Source of the DNA: Raja brachyura
Lineage: Eukaryota
DNA length: 64,000 bases
Direction of reading: 5' to 3'
Assembly: GCA_963514005.1 (NCBI GenBank)
Contig: OY740787.1
Location: 72,416,001 to 72,480,000 of the forward strand
Shown: positions 50,868-62,440 of the stretch, piece after piece
Layout of the letters: each line of letters begins with the position of its first letter
Position numbering within the stretch: the stretch's first letter is position 1
Position numbers and translations under genes: made by a program
The notes under the pieces: generated by a model
What the model was told of the DNA's origin: nothing
What the model saw: the letters and a program-made list of their open reading frames with translations, nothing else
Database searches by the model: none

Positions 50868-51472
50868 AGTATATAAGTTGGGATGTCATGTTGCAGTTAT
50901 ATAAGACGTTGGTGAGACAACATTCAGAATATTGTGTTCAGGTCAAGGCACCACATTATAGGAAAGTTATTGTCAAGCTTGAAAGGGATCCAAAAAGATT
51001 TACGAGGATGTTGCCAGGATTAGAGGGTGTGAGCTATAGGGAGAGGTTGAGTAGGCTGGGTCTCTATTCCATGGAGTGCAGGAGGATGAGGGGGGATCTT
51101 ATGGAGGTGTACAAAATCATGAGAGGAATAGATTGCGCAGATGCACAGTGTCTCTTGCCCAGAGTAGGGGAAATCGAAGACCAGAGGACATAGGTTCAAG
51201 GTGAAGGGGAAAAGATTTAATAGGAATCTGAGGGGTAACTTTTTCACACAAAGGGTGGTGGGTGTATGGAAAGAGCTGCCAGAGGAGGTGGTTGAGGCAG
51301 GGACTATCCCATTGTTTAAGAAACAGTTAGACAAGTACATGAATTGCACAGGTTTGGAGGGATATGGACCAAACACCGGCAAGTGGGACTAGTGTAGCTG
51401 GGACATTGTTGCCTAGTGTGGGCAAGTTGGGCCAAAGGGCCTGTTTCCACACTGTATCACTCTATGACTCTA
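50868..51472 (+). mobile_element. CR1 3' fragment
   Basis: LQLYKTLVRQHSEYCVQ...RMRGDLMEVYKIMRG...FFTQRVVGVWKELP. Confidence 0.88.
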
Positions 51473-51796
51473 AACCCAATCTCACGCCCTGCTGCTTTTT
51501 CCTTGTCCCTTCCCCTCTCTGATCTTGAATGATCAGCTGGGAGAAAATTCCTTTGTATATCCCTGATGATCCCATCTCAATGAATTCCAAGTGGGGTGTG
51601 ACTATGGGCTCTGCTTAGCTGCCTTCACTTCTGTGCTCATTTCTTGGGTAGGAACCCTGCCCAGACTATGGACCCTTCTCCTCACCACCCTCCTGCTCCC
51701 CCAAACTCATTTCCAAAATGAAGAACTTATGAAACAGGAGCAGGAGCAGGAGGAGAACATTCTTTCAACTGATTGTGCCCTTCAACAGATCATTGC

Positions 51797-51909
51797 TGGC
51801 GTGGTCCGCCCTGTTTTGACTAATGCAATCAACTTGATGTGCACAAATGGAAGATCAAATAGAACAAGTTGTCCAACAACTTTAAGCTGTGCACGCCACA
51901 CGAAAGAAG
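51797..51909 (+). mobile_element. Short 5'-truncated non-LTR insertion (RTE/Vingi-type AAG tail)
   Basis: 13-bp TSD aacagatcattgc (51784-51796 / 51910-51922); ends ccacacgaaagaag. Confidence 0.7.
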
Positions 51910-52014
51910 AACAGATCATTGCGGATGTTGCACTTCACCACTATTTCCAGAATTGAGCCATTCGGGGTTCTCCCTCTGAATACTTACTATTTTTAGACCT
52001 ATTCAATAAAGATG

Positions 52015-52368
52015 TGAAGCTCACCATTTGACCTGTTTTTACAAAATGTTAAATGGTCAGCTAGACATAGATCACAAGGCCTACACCAACCCCAAACCAA
52101 TTAGGAGCAGACGAGGGCATTCGATCCAATTTGTGGTCCCAGCCTCAAAGACAGATGTGTACAGCAATTTGTTCTTTCCACGCACTATTGAAGCATGGAA
52201 TAATCTCCACCAAGCCATGGTTGCCCAGCCAGATGCAATTAAATTTAAAGTGGCACTTTCTTCCCAATAACCCTCTCTGGCTAAACCCCTCCCTTCACCA
52301 CCTCCAGTTTAAATTCCAGTTGGAATATTTTGGAGGACCAAGTAACCACGATCCAAGAACCAAGAACT
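52015..52368 (+). mobile_element. 3' fragment of a divergent CR1/L2-superclade LINE
   Basis: FYKMLNG...RGHS...YSNLFFPRTIEAWNNL; (ccaagaa)n tail. Confidence 0.7.
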
Positions 52369-53956
52369 GCCAGTATGACCATCACCCTCTTCATTTTTGC
52401 AGCGCTTTACTTGCTAACAATCAACTACAACAATGTCATCAAACCACCATGAACCGATCACTGTACGTGAAGGCATTGTTTCATTGACAGCGCTGGTGAC
52501 AAACCACCTTTCATCCACAACCTTTAACTTCACAGTCATCCAATCAGGCCTAGACCACTTCCTGCTCCTCCCTAAGTTTGCATAGCCATTGTTTCAACGT
52601 ATACTTGTTCCACAAAACTCATTTCTTCCTACCATAACTCGATATAATTCTTTCTCTATTTACGTAATCCCTTCCTGCTTACATCAATGACCTCTCCAAT
52701 GCCCTTCTGCACTTTCATAGCTCCTTGAACTGAACTTGTTTATTTTCACTATGAGCATCCAACTTTTTTACACCTCTTGCCAGCAAATTATACCTCTTAC
52801 ATTTCTTGCCAGCTTGCCTGAGAAGCTTTTTAATATTATGCCTTGGAGGTTGTAATTTGCCAGTCAGAAGAGGCCCAACTGCTCTTCTCCGCCAATACCT
52901 TTTCTTTTCTTGGGGAAATTTTGTAAGACATAGGAGCAGAATTAGGCCATTCAGTGCATGTTAGTTGAGGGATAAATATTGTTATGGAATAAGTCTTGAT
53001 ATTCTTATTTAGTGCAAGTGGTTCTTTTCTGCCGATGTAAATGGTTTGTCAGTACGCCTTTCAGCAGGGCCGGCCTTAGGAGGTGCGGGGCCCGATTGGG
53101 AAATTTTTTTTGGAGATATGTAAATAAATAATTATAAATGAGTCGCGTGTCGTGAGTAACATGACAATTGGGGGGAGAGTTCCTTTCACAGCGTGTGGGG
53201 AGTCTAGCCAGGGGTAACGTTGCGAGGAGGGAAGGAGCGTTGAGAAGGAGAGGGTCGGGGTTCATGCCAGTAACTCGCTCACTCACCGCTGCGCTCCGGG
53301 CGTGGAGCTACTGCATTGTGGCCGGGGAGGGAAGCAGCTCGCGTGGCTACAAGCGGCCTCCATCACCAGACAGCGGAACCGACTGCCGTCTCAGCGGCTT
53401 CTGCCGGCCCGCTCACCTCTGGCAGTGCTCTCCGTCTGAACAGTGAGGGGACCAGATCATAGAGCGGAGTGGGTCAGCGGGTGATGGATAACATCACAGC
53501 GGGCGGTGGAGCTTACTCCTGTGTCAGCGCGATCAAGGGATCAATTGAGGTTACTCGCACTGACACAGGAGTAAGCTCCACCGCCCGCTGCCCTGTTATC
53601 CATCACCTGCTGACCCGCTCTTGAGCTGGACGACCCTCTCCCCAGAGCCCCTGCCCGTCCCGCTGAGCCACCACAGACAGGGAGCTGAAGGTAGACACAG
53701 GGGGATCCACCTTCAACTTCAGAGCCAGACAAAAAACACAGAGTGCTGGAGGAACTCAGCGGGCAAGGCAGCACCCGAGGAGGGAACATATCACTTACGA
53801 GGAGCCGCCACGGGCCAGGACTCCCCCCCCCCCCCCCCCCACCCAACAGAAAGGAACCGCAGATGCAGCAATCACCGCAAAATGTCTAAGAAGGAACTGT
53901 GGATGTTGGAAAATCGAAGGTAGACAAAAATGCTGGAGAAACTCAGCGGGTGTGAA

Positions 53957-54875
53957 GCCCTGTCCCACTGTGCGAGTTCACCCAAGAGCTCTCCCGAGTT
54001 TTAAAAAAAATCAAAACTCGTGGTAAACACGTAGGATGAACGTAGCGGGTACTTCGGAGCTCGGGACGTTTCAATAGACAATAAACAATAGGTTCAGGAG
54101 TAGGACGTTTGGCCCTTTGAGCCAGCACCGCCATTCAATGTGATCATGGCTGATCATCCACAATCAGTACCCCGTTCCTGCCTTCTCCCCATATCCCCTG
54201 ACTCAGCTATTTTTAAGAGCCCTATCTAGCTCTCTCTTAAAAGCATTCAGAGAACCTGCCTCCACCACCCTCTGAGGTAGATAATTCCACAGACTCACCA
54301 CTCTCTGTGAGAGAAAATGTTTCCTTGTCTCTGTTCTAAATGGCTTACTCATTCTTAAACTGTGGTCCCTGGTTCTGGACTCCCCCAACATCGGGAACAT
54401 GTTTCCTGCCTCTAGCGTGTCCAAGCACTTAACAATCTATATGTTTCAATGAGATATCCTCTCATCCTTCTAAAGTCCAGAGTGTACAAGCCCAGCTGCT
54501 CCATTCGCTCAGCATATGACAGTCCCGCCATCCCGGGAATTAACCTTGTAAACCTACGCTGCACTCCCTCAATAGCAGGAATGTCCTTCCTCAAATAAGG
54601 GGACCAAAACTGCACACAATACTCCAGGTGCAGTCTCACTAGAACTCTGTACAACTGCAGAAGGTCCTCTTTGCTCCTATATTTGATTCCTCTTGTTATA
54701 AAGGTGAACATGCCATTTCTTAGTGCTAACGTCAGTACTCGGGAAACGTGGTAACTGGTGAAGATTTTTCAACATGTTGAAAAATGTCCACATGTAAAAT
54801 ATACTCAGGATGTTAAAATTTGATACTTTGTAACACGTAGTCATACCGTAGTAACTCGTGAGTTTACCGTAGTAG
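53957..54875. mobile_element. Harbinger-like MITE (related to family A), right end lost, interrupted by CR1
   Basis: agccctgtcccactgtgcgag start; resumes at about 54719 with tgctaacgtcagtactcggga, as in family A. Confidence 0.7.
54074..54718 (-). mobile_element. CR1 3' fragment
   Basis: LQLYRVLVRLHLEYCVQFWSP...QRVVSLWNYLP. Confidence 0.9.
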
Positions 54876-55763
54876 GACCTGGTGTCCTATATCACTATTG
54901 TATGCTCATGATGGAAATAAGAATACTCTGTATATTCATTACCTTTGAATTGTAGTTTTACGTAATCCTCCCATAAATTCTGGGTTCCATTTCACAATAT
55001 CTATCAGACATAGAGAATGTTGCAAGGTAATATCTTGCCCAAACTCAGTTGTATCTTTCTATCTCAATAAATATCACAAAATATGCCATTGTTTCAGCCA
55101 CATTATGACAAAATATAGAATGTAGGTTATTTGTTATCAGAAATCCCATCCCAGAAACAACAGTACTTAAAGAACATTTGTTTTACTAATTTATGAGCAT
55201 GTACCATAGGTTTATCCATATCCAACAAAATGTTGTGATAATTGCATAAAATGTATTATTGTCTAAGAAAGTTGGTGTGTGAATGATAATCCATCTCAGT
55301 ACTCATTTAGGCAAGTCCCAAACTATAGATACTTTCCCCAATCCCCCTCGCCCAATCTTCATTGAACCTACCATTTGACCGATCCTTTACTCAGCTGCTG
55401 TAACGTTTCCTTCCTATCAAAATCTGTGTGTAGCATCTCTGTCCCTATCTTCCAATTCCCACTTTGAAATAAAATACAACTTTCGACAAATATTTCGCAA
55501 TTGTAATGTACTGTATCATTAAAAAATACTACATCAACCAGGTGTGAAAATTACACTGAATCGAACGATGATTGAAAATGCGTGGGAATCGACGAATCGG
55601 GATCCTGCTGCGAAATGTTTAAGTCAAAAACTGTATTTTATTTCAAAATGGGAATTTGAAGATAGGAACAGAGATGCTACACAGAGATTTTAAGTTTTGG
55701 GTGAAGTCGCACAGTAGGACAGGGCTTGAGGCAGCATCTATGGAGCAAAGGAAAAAGCCGGGT

Positions 55764-55791
55764 CTGAAGAAGGGTTTCGACCCGAAACGTT
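55764..55791 (+). ncRNA. Minimal type I hammerhead ribozyme-like motif (Penelope-derived)
   Basis: CUGAAGA-A-GGGU(UUCG)ACCC-GAAA-CG-UU: intact core boxes, stem II with UUCG loop, palindromic ACGU in place of stem III. Confidence 0.6.
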
Positions 55792-55884
55792 GCATATTTC
55801 CTTCGCTCCATAGATGCTGCCTCACCCGCTAAGTTTCTCCATCACTTTTGTCTACCGCAAAACGTCAATGATTCCGGGAATGCC

Positions 55885-55965
55885 GAGAGAGCTAGAGAGA
55901 GAGGTGGGGAACGGGAGTGAGAGAGAGAGAGAGCGTGCGCGAGAGAGAGAGGGAGGGAGAGAGCG
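55885..55965. repeat. (GA)n-rich microsatellite
   Basis: gagagagagagagcgtgcgcgagagagagagggag. Confidence 0.85.
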
Positions 55966-57811
55966 AAAGACGGAGATCGGTAGGTAAAGTGAATGACTAA
56001 CCTGCACTCCAAGAACTTCACCAAAAAGAAGTTAGTACTCATGATGATGAGTTTTAAGAAATTCTCAATGTGTCATCAATGCATCAATCTACATTCCAAA
56101 GTAAAATGTAATTATGTTTTGAAGCAGTGTTAATGACGCCGCGTGAATTGCATTCAAAGGAACGCAGCGTCATTAATACCTCATCTAAAACACAATTACA
56201 CATTTACTGAGGAATGTGGATCGATGCATTGATGACGCATTGGATAACTACTTTTGTTAACTACTAGCTGTTAACACAACTGGCTGTTAACACTACAGTG
56301 GGTAACACATTGTTTGTGTCTGATGACCGTACAGCGCTTGTATTCGATGTAAAAAAATCCATATGGCGAATGTTTTAAAAAAAATCTTTATTTGACAAAG
56401 CGAATTTGTATTTCCACATGAAATACGGAAAATTAACGCAGGGCCCCCCTTGGGCGCAGGGCACAATTTGGAAAAATCGGTCCAATCGGCCTAGGACCGG
56501 CCCTGCCTTTCAGTGTCTCCTCTGCTTGCTCTCTCAGCACTGTGCTAATCTGGACAGTCAGGTCTTTGAGGCAGGATTTGAACCTAGAATTTTCTGACAG
56601 GTGAGAATGCGATCACTTTGCAATAAAGAGAAATGTAAGAAATTGATGCGTCCATATGTCACTGCTTTAGAGGCATGTGTAACTTTTTTTCCTCTCCGAG
56701 AACCGGAGCTCAAAATTAATTTCTGATGTTCAGCATTAGTGCCAAAGCAGCTTAAATATTCATGCGTCACTCATTTTAAAAGTAAACCTTAACATAAGAC
56801 ACAACTTGACAATAACTTGTCAGCCTTTTTTAGAGCGGTAAAAAAAACTGAAGTGGTAAGCAAATTTGGGTGTATTTTGGGAACAGTATAAAAAGAACAT
56901 TATTGTGCAACTGAAGAGTTTACTGGTTTCCAACTGCATGAGATTTTGTGGTTTCAGCATTGACTCTGTGACCAAATGTAATCCAAGGCACAGGAGTGAT
57001 ATGAAGAACATATTGCAAACAAACACAACACTTTTGACCTATTTATTCTGCTGCATATATGGCAGGGACTTTGGGGCCCAGTTTCAGTTTGATTTTATTC
57101 AGTAGTGCCACGTAAACATTGCGCCGTGATCTGACAGCGAACTGTGGAGTTCAAGGGTTTCAAAACAAGAAGTGGCGAGAAGCATAGGTTGTAAGAATAA
57201 TTGACTAGAAAAATGTTTTTTTCAAAAGGCACATTAAACTAGCAATATGCACGGAAAGGTGGGGCGCATTTGCTGATAGGTTCATGGGCGCCTTGCAGAA
57301 TATTTCCTTTTATGTGAGGCTCAGTACATTGTGTGCAGTAGAATAAATCTTGTACTGAAAATGTATAGAGCGACCTCAGAACTTGGGTAGGAAGTAGAGG
57401 TGGAGGGATGTGGTTGACTGAGACCTCTTCTGTGGTTTGGGTGCTGGTTGGATATTGGTTGGATATTGGTTGGGATGTATTTCTAACTGGTAGAGGGGGT
57501 CCTATAAAATATTTAATTTCTGAAGAGGATGGTGTAGGTGCTAGAAGGGCAACTAATAGTAGAAATCTAAAAAGCTCATCTCAAGGAGGGTACATTTGTT
57601 GGATTTCACTGCCTCAGAGCTGGTCAAAGCAGTCTCTAAATTCCTAAGAAATGGGCTTTGCCCATCTTGTGATGGCAGTTTTCAAGGGGAGCTGACTGCT
57701 TAAATGAACACTTTGCATTTGATGTCAAAACATCTATCGCATCCCATGGAACACTTGGATACATCTGGAAGTAGACTTGATGGGCCAAATGGCCTTATTC
57801 TACTCCTATCC

Positions 57812-58706
57812 ATTGATTTGATTTGATTTTGATTTGATTTTATTGCTTGTCATTCGAACCTTAGAGAGGCTCGAACGAAACTCCGTTTCTACAACCAGAA
57901 CAATTCATACAAAACACACAAACAATTCAATTGACACAAACATCCATCACAGTGAATCTCCTCCTCACTGTGATGGAAGGCAAAGTCTTCTCTCTCCCCC
58001 GCACCATTTCTCTCCCGAGGTCGAAGCCCCAGACGGGCGGTGCCAAGTCCCACGGCCCTGGAGGCCGCGCTGGGCCGGGTGATGTACGGCCCCGCTCTAG
58101 GCCCAAAGTCACAGCGTTGGAGCCCCCGGCGGGCGCTGGAATGTCCCGCTGGAATTTCCCGCGGACACCGAAGCCGCGCCGGGCGATGTACGGCCCCGCT
58201 CCGGGTCGCTCCAACCCCGCGACACGGGCTGGAGAAGCTGTGTTGCGGGAGCTCCGGAGACCGGTCTCTCACCCGGACCCGCGAGCCCCCGATATCCCGA
58301 CAGTCCACCCGGAGTCGGGAGTCGGGCCGCAGCGGCGAGCCACCACCGCTCCCCACGCGGAGTTCCGGAGCCCGGAGTCGGGCTGCAGCGGCGAGCCACC
58401 ACCGCTCCCCACGTTCCGAGGCCGGCCAGCCCCACGATGGTGAGTCCGCAGCTCATCCCGGTCGGAGGCCGCTCCACTGTGCCAGGCCCACACGACAATG
58501 GAGACCCGACAGGGAAAAAAGTCGGGTCTCCCGTGCAGGGAAGAGACTCCAAAGTTTCCCCCCCCCCCCACCACCCCCCACACATACACAGTTAGGAACA
58601 CGATACAAAAAAAAAGACGAACAACTACATTTAACTAGACAAAAAATAAAAAAAAAGACAGACAGGCTGTAGGGGCCGCTGCAACGTGAGTCGCGCCCGC
58701 CCACCA
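57812..58706 (-). mobile_element. GC-rich non-coding retroposon, same family as 25391-26152
   Basis: (aatca)n tail, catcacagtga...tcactgtgatg hairpin, ggagacccgac/gtcgggtctcc hairpin, internal tandem gcagcggcgagccaccaccgctccccacg x2. Confidence 0.75.
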
Positions 58707-58811
58707 AAAAAAGATGATTATGACCATTATGATCATATCATCAAACGTGAACCTGGATCAAGTTTGACTTCCAACAAGAACTTTGCAATAAGTATCTGAT
58801 TGCTAATAACA

Positions 58812-61004
58812 AAGAAACATAGAAATTAGGTGCAGGAGTAGGCCATTCGGCCCTTCGAGCCTGCACCGCCATTCAATATGATCATGGCTGATCATCCAAC
58901 TCAGTATCCCGTACCTGCCTTCTCTCCATATGCTCTGATCCCCTTAGCCACAGGGGCCACACCTAATTCCCTCTTAAATATAGCCAATGAACTGGCCTCA
59001 ACTACCCTCTGTGGCAGAGAGTTCCAGAGACCCACCACTCTCTGTGTGAAAAAAGTCCTTCTCATCTCGGTCCTAAAGGATTTCCCCCTTATCCTTAAGC
59101 TGTGACCCCTTGTCCTGGACCTCCCCAACATCGGGAACAATCTTCCTGCATCTAGTCTGTCCAACCCCTTAAGAATTTTGTAAGTTTCTATAAGATCCCC
59201 TCTCAATCTCCTAAATTCTAGAGAATATAAACTGAGTCTATCCAGTCTTTCTTCATAAGACAGTCCTGACATCCCAGGAATCAGTCTGGTGAACCTTCTC
59301 TGCACTCCCTCTATGGCAATAATGTCCTTCCTCAGATTTGGAGACAAGAACTGTACGCAATACTCCAGGTGTGGTCTCACCAAGACCCTATACAACTGAA
59401 GTAGAACCTCCCTGCTCCTATACTCAAATCCTTTTGCTATGAAAGCTATCATACCATTCGCTTTCTTCACTGCCTGCTGCACCTGCATGCCTACTTTCAA
59501 TGACTGGTGTACCATGACACCCAGGTCGCGCTGCATCTCCCCTTTTCCTAATCGGCCACCATTTAGATAATAGTCTGCTTTCCTATTTTTGCCACCAAAG
59601 TGGATAACCTCACATTTATCCACATTATACTGCATCTGCCAAACATTTGCCCACTCACCCAGCCTATCCAAGTCACCTTGCAGTCTCCTAGCATCCTCCT
59701 CACAGCTAACACTGCCCCCCAGCTTAGTGTCATCCACAAACTTGGAGATATTGCCTTCAATTCCCTCATCCAGATCATTAATGTATATTGTAAATAGCTG
59801 GGGTCCCAGCACTGAGCCTTGCGGTACCATACTAGTCACTGCCTGCCATTGTGAAAACGACCCGTTTACTCCTACTCTTTGCTTCCTGTTTGCCAGCCAG
59901 TTCTCTATCCACATCAATACTGAACCCCCAATGCCGTATGCTTTAAGTATATATACTAATCTCTTATGTGGGGCCTTGTCGAAAGCCTTCTGGAAGTCCA
60001 GATACACCACATCCACTGGTTCTCCCCTATCCACGCTACTAGTTACATCCTCGAAAAACTCCACAAGATTCGTCAGACATGACTTACCTTTCGTAAATCC
60101 ATGCTGACTTTGTCCAATAATTTCACCACTTTCCAAATGTGCTGCTATCCCATCTTTAATAACTGACTCTAGCAGTTTCCCCACTACCGATGTTAGACTA
60201 ACTGGCCTGTTATTCCCCGTTTTCTCTCTCCCCCCCTTCTTAAAAAGAGTGGTTACGTTTGCTACCCGCCAATCCTCAGGAACTACTCCAGAATCTAAAG
60301 AGTTTTGAAAGATTATCACTAATGCATCCACTATTTCCGGAGCTACTTCGTTAAGTACTCTGGGATGCAGCCTATCTGGCCCTGGGGATTTATCGGCCTT
60401 TAATCCATTCAATTTACCCAACACCACTTCCCGACTAACCTGGATTTCACTCAAGTCCTCCTTTGACCCGCGGTCCCCTGCTATTTCCGGCAGATTATTT
60501 ATGTCTTCCTTAGTGAAGACGGAACCAAAGTTGTTATTCAATTGGTCCGCCATATCCTTGTTCCCCATGATCAACTCACCTGTTTCTGACTGCAAGGGAC
60601 CTACATTTGTTTTAACTAATCGTTTTCTCTTCACACATCTATAAAAACTTTTGCAGTCAGTTTTTATGTTCCCTGCCAGTTTTCTTTCATAATCTATTTT
60701 TCCTTTCCTAATCAAGCCCTTTGTCCTCCTCTGCTGGTCTCTGAATTTCTCCCAGTCCTCTGGCATGCTGCTTTTTCTGGCTACTTTGTACGCATCATCC
60801 TTTGCTTTGATACTATCCCTGATTTCCCTTGTTATCCACGGATGCACTACCTTCCCTGATCTATTCTTTTGCCAAACTGGGATGAACAATTTTTGTAGTT
60901 CATCCATGCAGTCTTTAAATGTCTTCCATTGCGTATCCACCGTTAACCCTTTTAGAATTGATTGCCAGTCAATCTTGGCCAATTCACATCTCATACCCTC
61001 AAAG
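58812..61004 (-). mobile_element. Young 5'-truncated CR1 LINE
   Basis: Contains the open ORF2 RT and complete 3' UTR/tail. Confidence 0.95.
58901..60994 (-). CDS. CR1 ORF2 reverse transcriptase (lacks N-terminal endonuclease; 697 aa uninterrupted)
   Basis: KSPGPD, RPVSLTS, QHGF, YLDFQKAFD, VPQGSVLGP, KFVDD, LVRPHLEYC motifs. Confidence 0.93.
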   Translation of the reverse strand: MRCELAKIDWQSILKGLTVDTQWKTFKDCMDELQKLFIPVWQKNRSGKVVHPWITREIRDSIKAKDDAYKVARKSSMPEDWEKFRDQQRRTKGLIRKGKIDYERKLAGNIKTDCKSFYRCVKRKRLVKTNVGPLQSETGELIMGNKDMADQLNNNFGSVFTKEDINNLPEIAGDRGSKEDLSEIQVSREVVLGKLNGLKADKSPGPDRLHPRVLNEVAPEIVDALVIIFQNSLDSGVVPEDWRVANVTTLFKKGGREKTGNNRPVSLTSVVGKLLESVIKDGIAAHLESGEIIGQSQHGFTKGKSCLTNLVEFFEDVTSSVDRGEPVDVVYLDFQKAFDKAPHKRLVYILKAYGIGGSVLMWIENWLANRKQRVGVNGSFSQWQAVTSMVPQGSVLGPQLFTIYINDLDEGIEGNISKFVDDTKLGGSVSCEEDARRLQGDLDRLGEWANVWQMQYNVDKCEVIHFGGKNRKADYYLNGGRLGKGEMQRDLGVMVHQSLKVGMQVQQAVKKANGMIAFIAKGFEYRSREVLLQLYRVLVRPHLEYCVQFLSPNLRKDIIAIEGVQRRFTRLIPGMSGLSYEERLDRLSLYSLEFRRLRGDLIETYKILKGLDRLDAGRLFPMLGRSRTRGHSLRIRGKSFRTEMRRTFFTQRVVGLWNSLPQRVVEASSLAIFKRELGVAPVAKGIRAYGEKAGTGY

Positions 61005-61125
61005 TAATAATTAGTTTTTAAAATTTAAATTCCTTTGCACAGAGAGTCAAATGTTGCATTACACAAAGTAATTGCTCACATTCTTAAAATAATATTTCAG
61101 TATTTCCAAATTTACGATGTCTGCT

Positions 61126-61323
61126 TTATAAGGCAGAAACTTGAGATAGAGGATGACTTATGTCCGTTCTGGTTCTGTGGGTTTCGAGGTGGCTGATGAG
61201 GGCAACATGGGACCGACTAGCCTGACCACAGATGGAGCAGCAGATGTTTGATGTAACAGGCAGGCGGGTAGTTGGCGAGATGACGTGTACATCATCTGAA
61301 GTTTGCATTGTGCTTTCACCCAT
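61126..61323 (-). mobile_element. RTE-clade LINE 3' remnant (terminal C2H2 finger)
   Basis: CSICGQASRSHVALISHLETH resembles the RTE C-terminal CxxC..SxIGLxSHxxxH. Confidence 0.5.
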
Positions 61324-61374
61324 CGCACAAACTCATGGCTGTCAATTCCAAGTGTAATCTCATCTGGTAATCTC

Positions 61375-61575
61375 TTCCTGTGGCATGGGGTAGTTTACTG
61401 CCCAAGGGTATGAATATTGAAGTCTCCAATTTTAGGTAAAAAATTTAGAAAAAGGGTTTTGATCTGAAACATCACCCATTCCTTCTGTCTAGATGCTGCC
61501 TGTCCTGCCGAGTTACTCCAGCATTTTGTATCTATCTTTGGTGTAAACCAGCATCTGCAGTTCCTTCCTATACAT
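61375..61575 (+). mobile_element. Penelope 3' remnant, tail-to-tail with the large PLE
   Basis: gggtagtttactgcccaagggtatgaatattgaagtctccaattttagg followed by the 3' repeat. Confidence 0.7.
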
Positions 61576-61737
61576 TTCTGAAAATTAGAGATTCGCTATT
61601 CAGGAGAGAAAAGCTAATTGGACCAGATTCTTAGGAGCCCAGATGGATGTCCAACCCTACTTCAATACTGGGGGTTACACAAAAAGCTGGAGAAACTCAG
61701 CGGGTGCAGCAGCATCTAAGGGGCGAAGGAGATAGGC

Positions 61738-61765
61738 GACATTTCGGGTCGAGACCCTTCTTCAG
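61738..61765 (-). ncRNA. Minimal hammerhead ribozyme-like motif in the PLE 3' repeat
   Basis: Minus strand: CUGAAGA-A-GGGU(CUCG)ACCC-GAAA-UG-UC-G. Confidence 0.6.
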
Positions 61766-62003
61766 ACTGGTCAGGGATCAGGGAAACGAGAGATATAAAC
61801 AGTGATGTGGAGAGATAAGGAACAATGAGTGAAAGATATGCAAAAAAGTATTGGTGACAAAGGAAGCAGGCCATTGTAAGCTGTTTGTGGTGTGAAAATG
61901 AGAAGCTAGCGCGACTGGGGAGGGGGGGGGGGGGGGGGGGGAGATGGAGAAGGAATGTCAGGGCCAGAGGGCTGAGGGAGAGGTGGGGGGGAGGCAGTCT
62001 GGG

Positions 62004-62440
62004 TTAACAGAATTGAGAAAATTCAATGTTTAAGCCCAGAGGATGCAGACTCCCCAAGCGGAATATGAGGTGCTGTTCCTCAAACTTGCGGTGTTGATCA
62101 CTCTGGCCGTGGAGGAGGCCCAGGACCGAGAGGTCGGATACGCAGTGGGAGGGGGAGTTGAAGTGCTGAGCCACCGGGAGGTCGGGTTGGTTATTGCGGA
62201 CCGAGCGGAGGTGTTCGGCGAAACGATCGCCCAGCCTCCGCTTGGTCTCACCGATGTAGATCAGCTGGCATCTGGAGCAACGGATGCAGTAGATGAGGTT
62301 GGAGGAGGTGCAGGTGAACCTCTGTCGGACTTGGAATGACTGCTTGGGTCCCTGAAAGGAGTGGATGGGGGAGGTGAAGGGACAAGTGTAGCATCTCTTG
62401 CGGTTGCAAGGGAAAGTACCCGGGGAAGGAGTGGAGCGGG
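62004..62440 (-). CDS. PLE Cys linker + GIY-YIG endonuclease (frameshifted relative to RT)
   Basis: CNRKRCYTC linker; NLIYCIRCSRCQLIYIGET...RFAEH...VAQHF...GLN. Confidence 0.9.

Larger units (their letters stand above)
53065..56505. mobile_element. Non-autonomous hAT transposon with nested insertions
   Basis: TIR cagggccggccttagg / cctaggaccggccctg; perfect 8-bp TSD cctttcag (53057-53064 / 56506-56513). Confidence 0.9.

Noticed and set aside
54880-55640. Possible hAT transposase remnant in the AT-rich interior
   Set aside because: No convincing motif in any frame by eye; needs a profile search
57834-58707. Many overlapping 100-210 aa ORFs on both strands
   Set aside because: GC-rich repeat lacking stops; no domain motifs; homologous copy at 25.4 kb does not preserve frames
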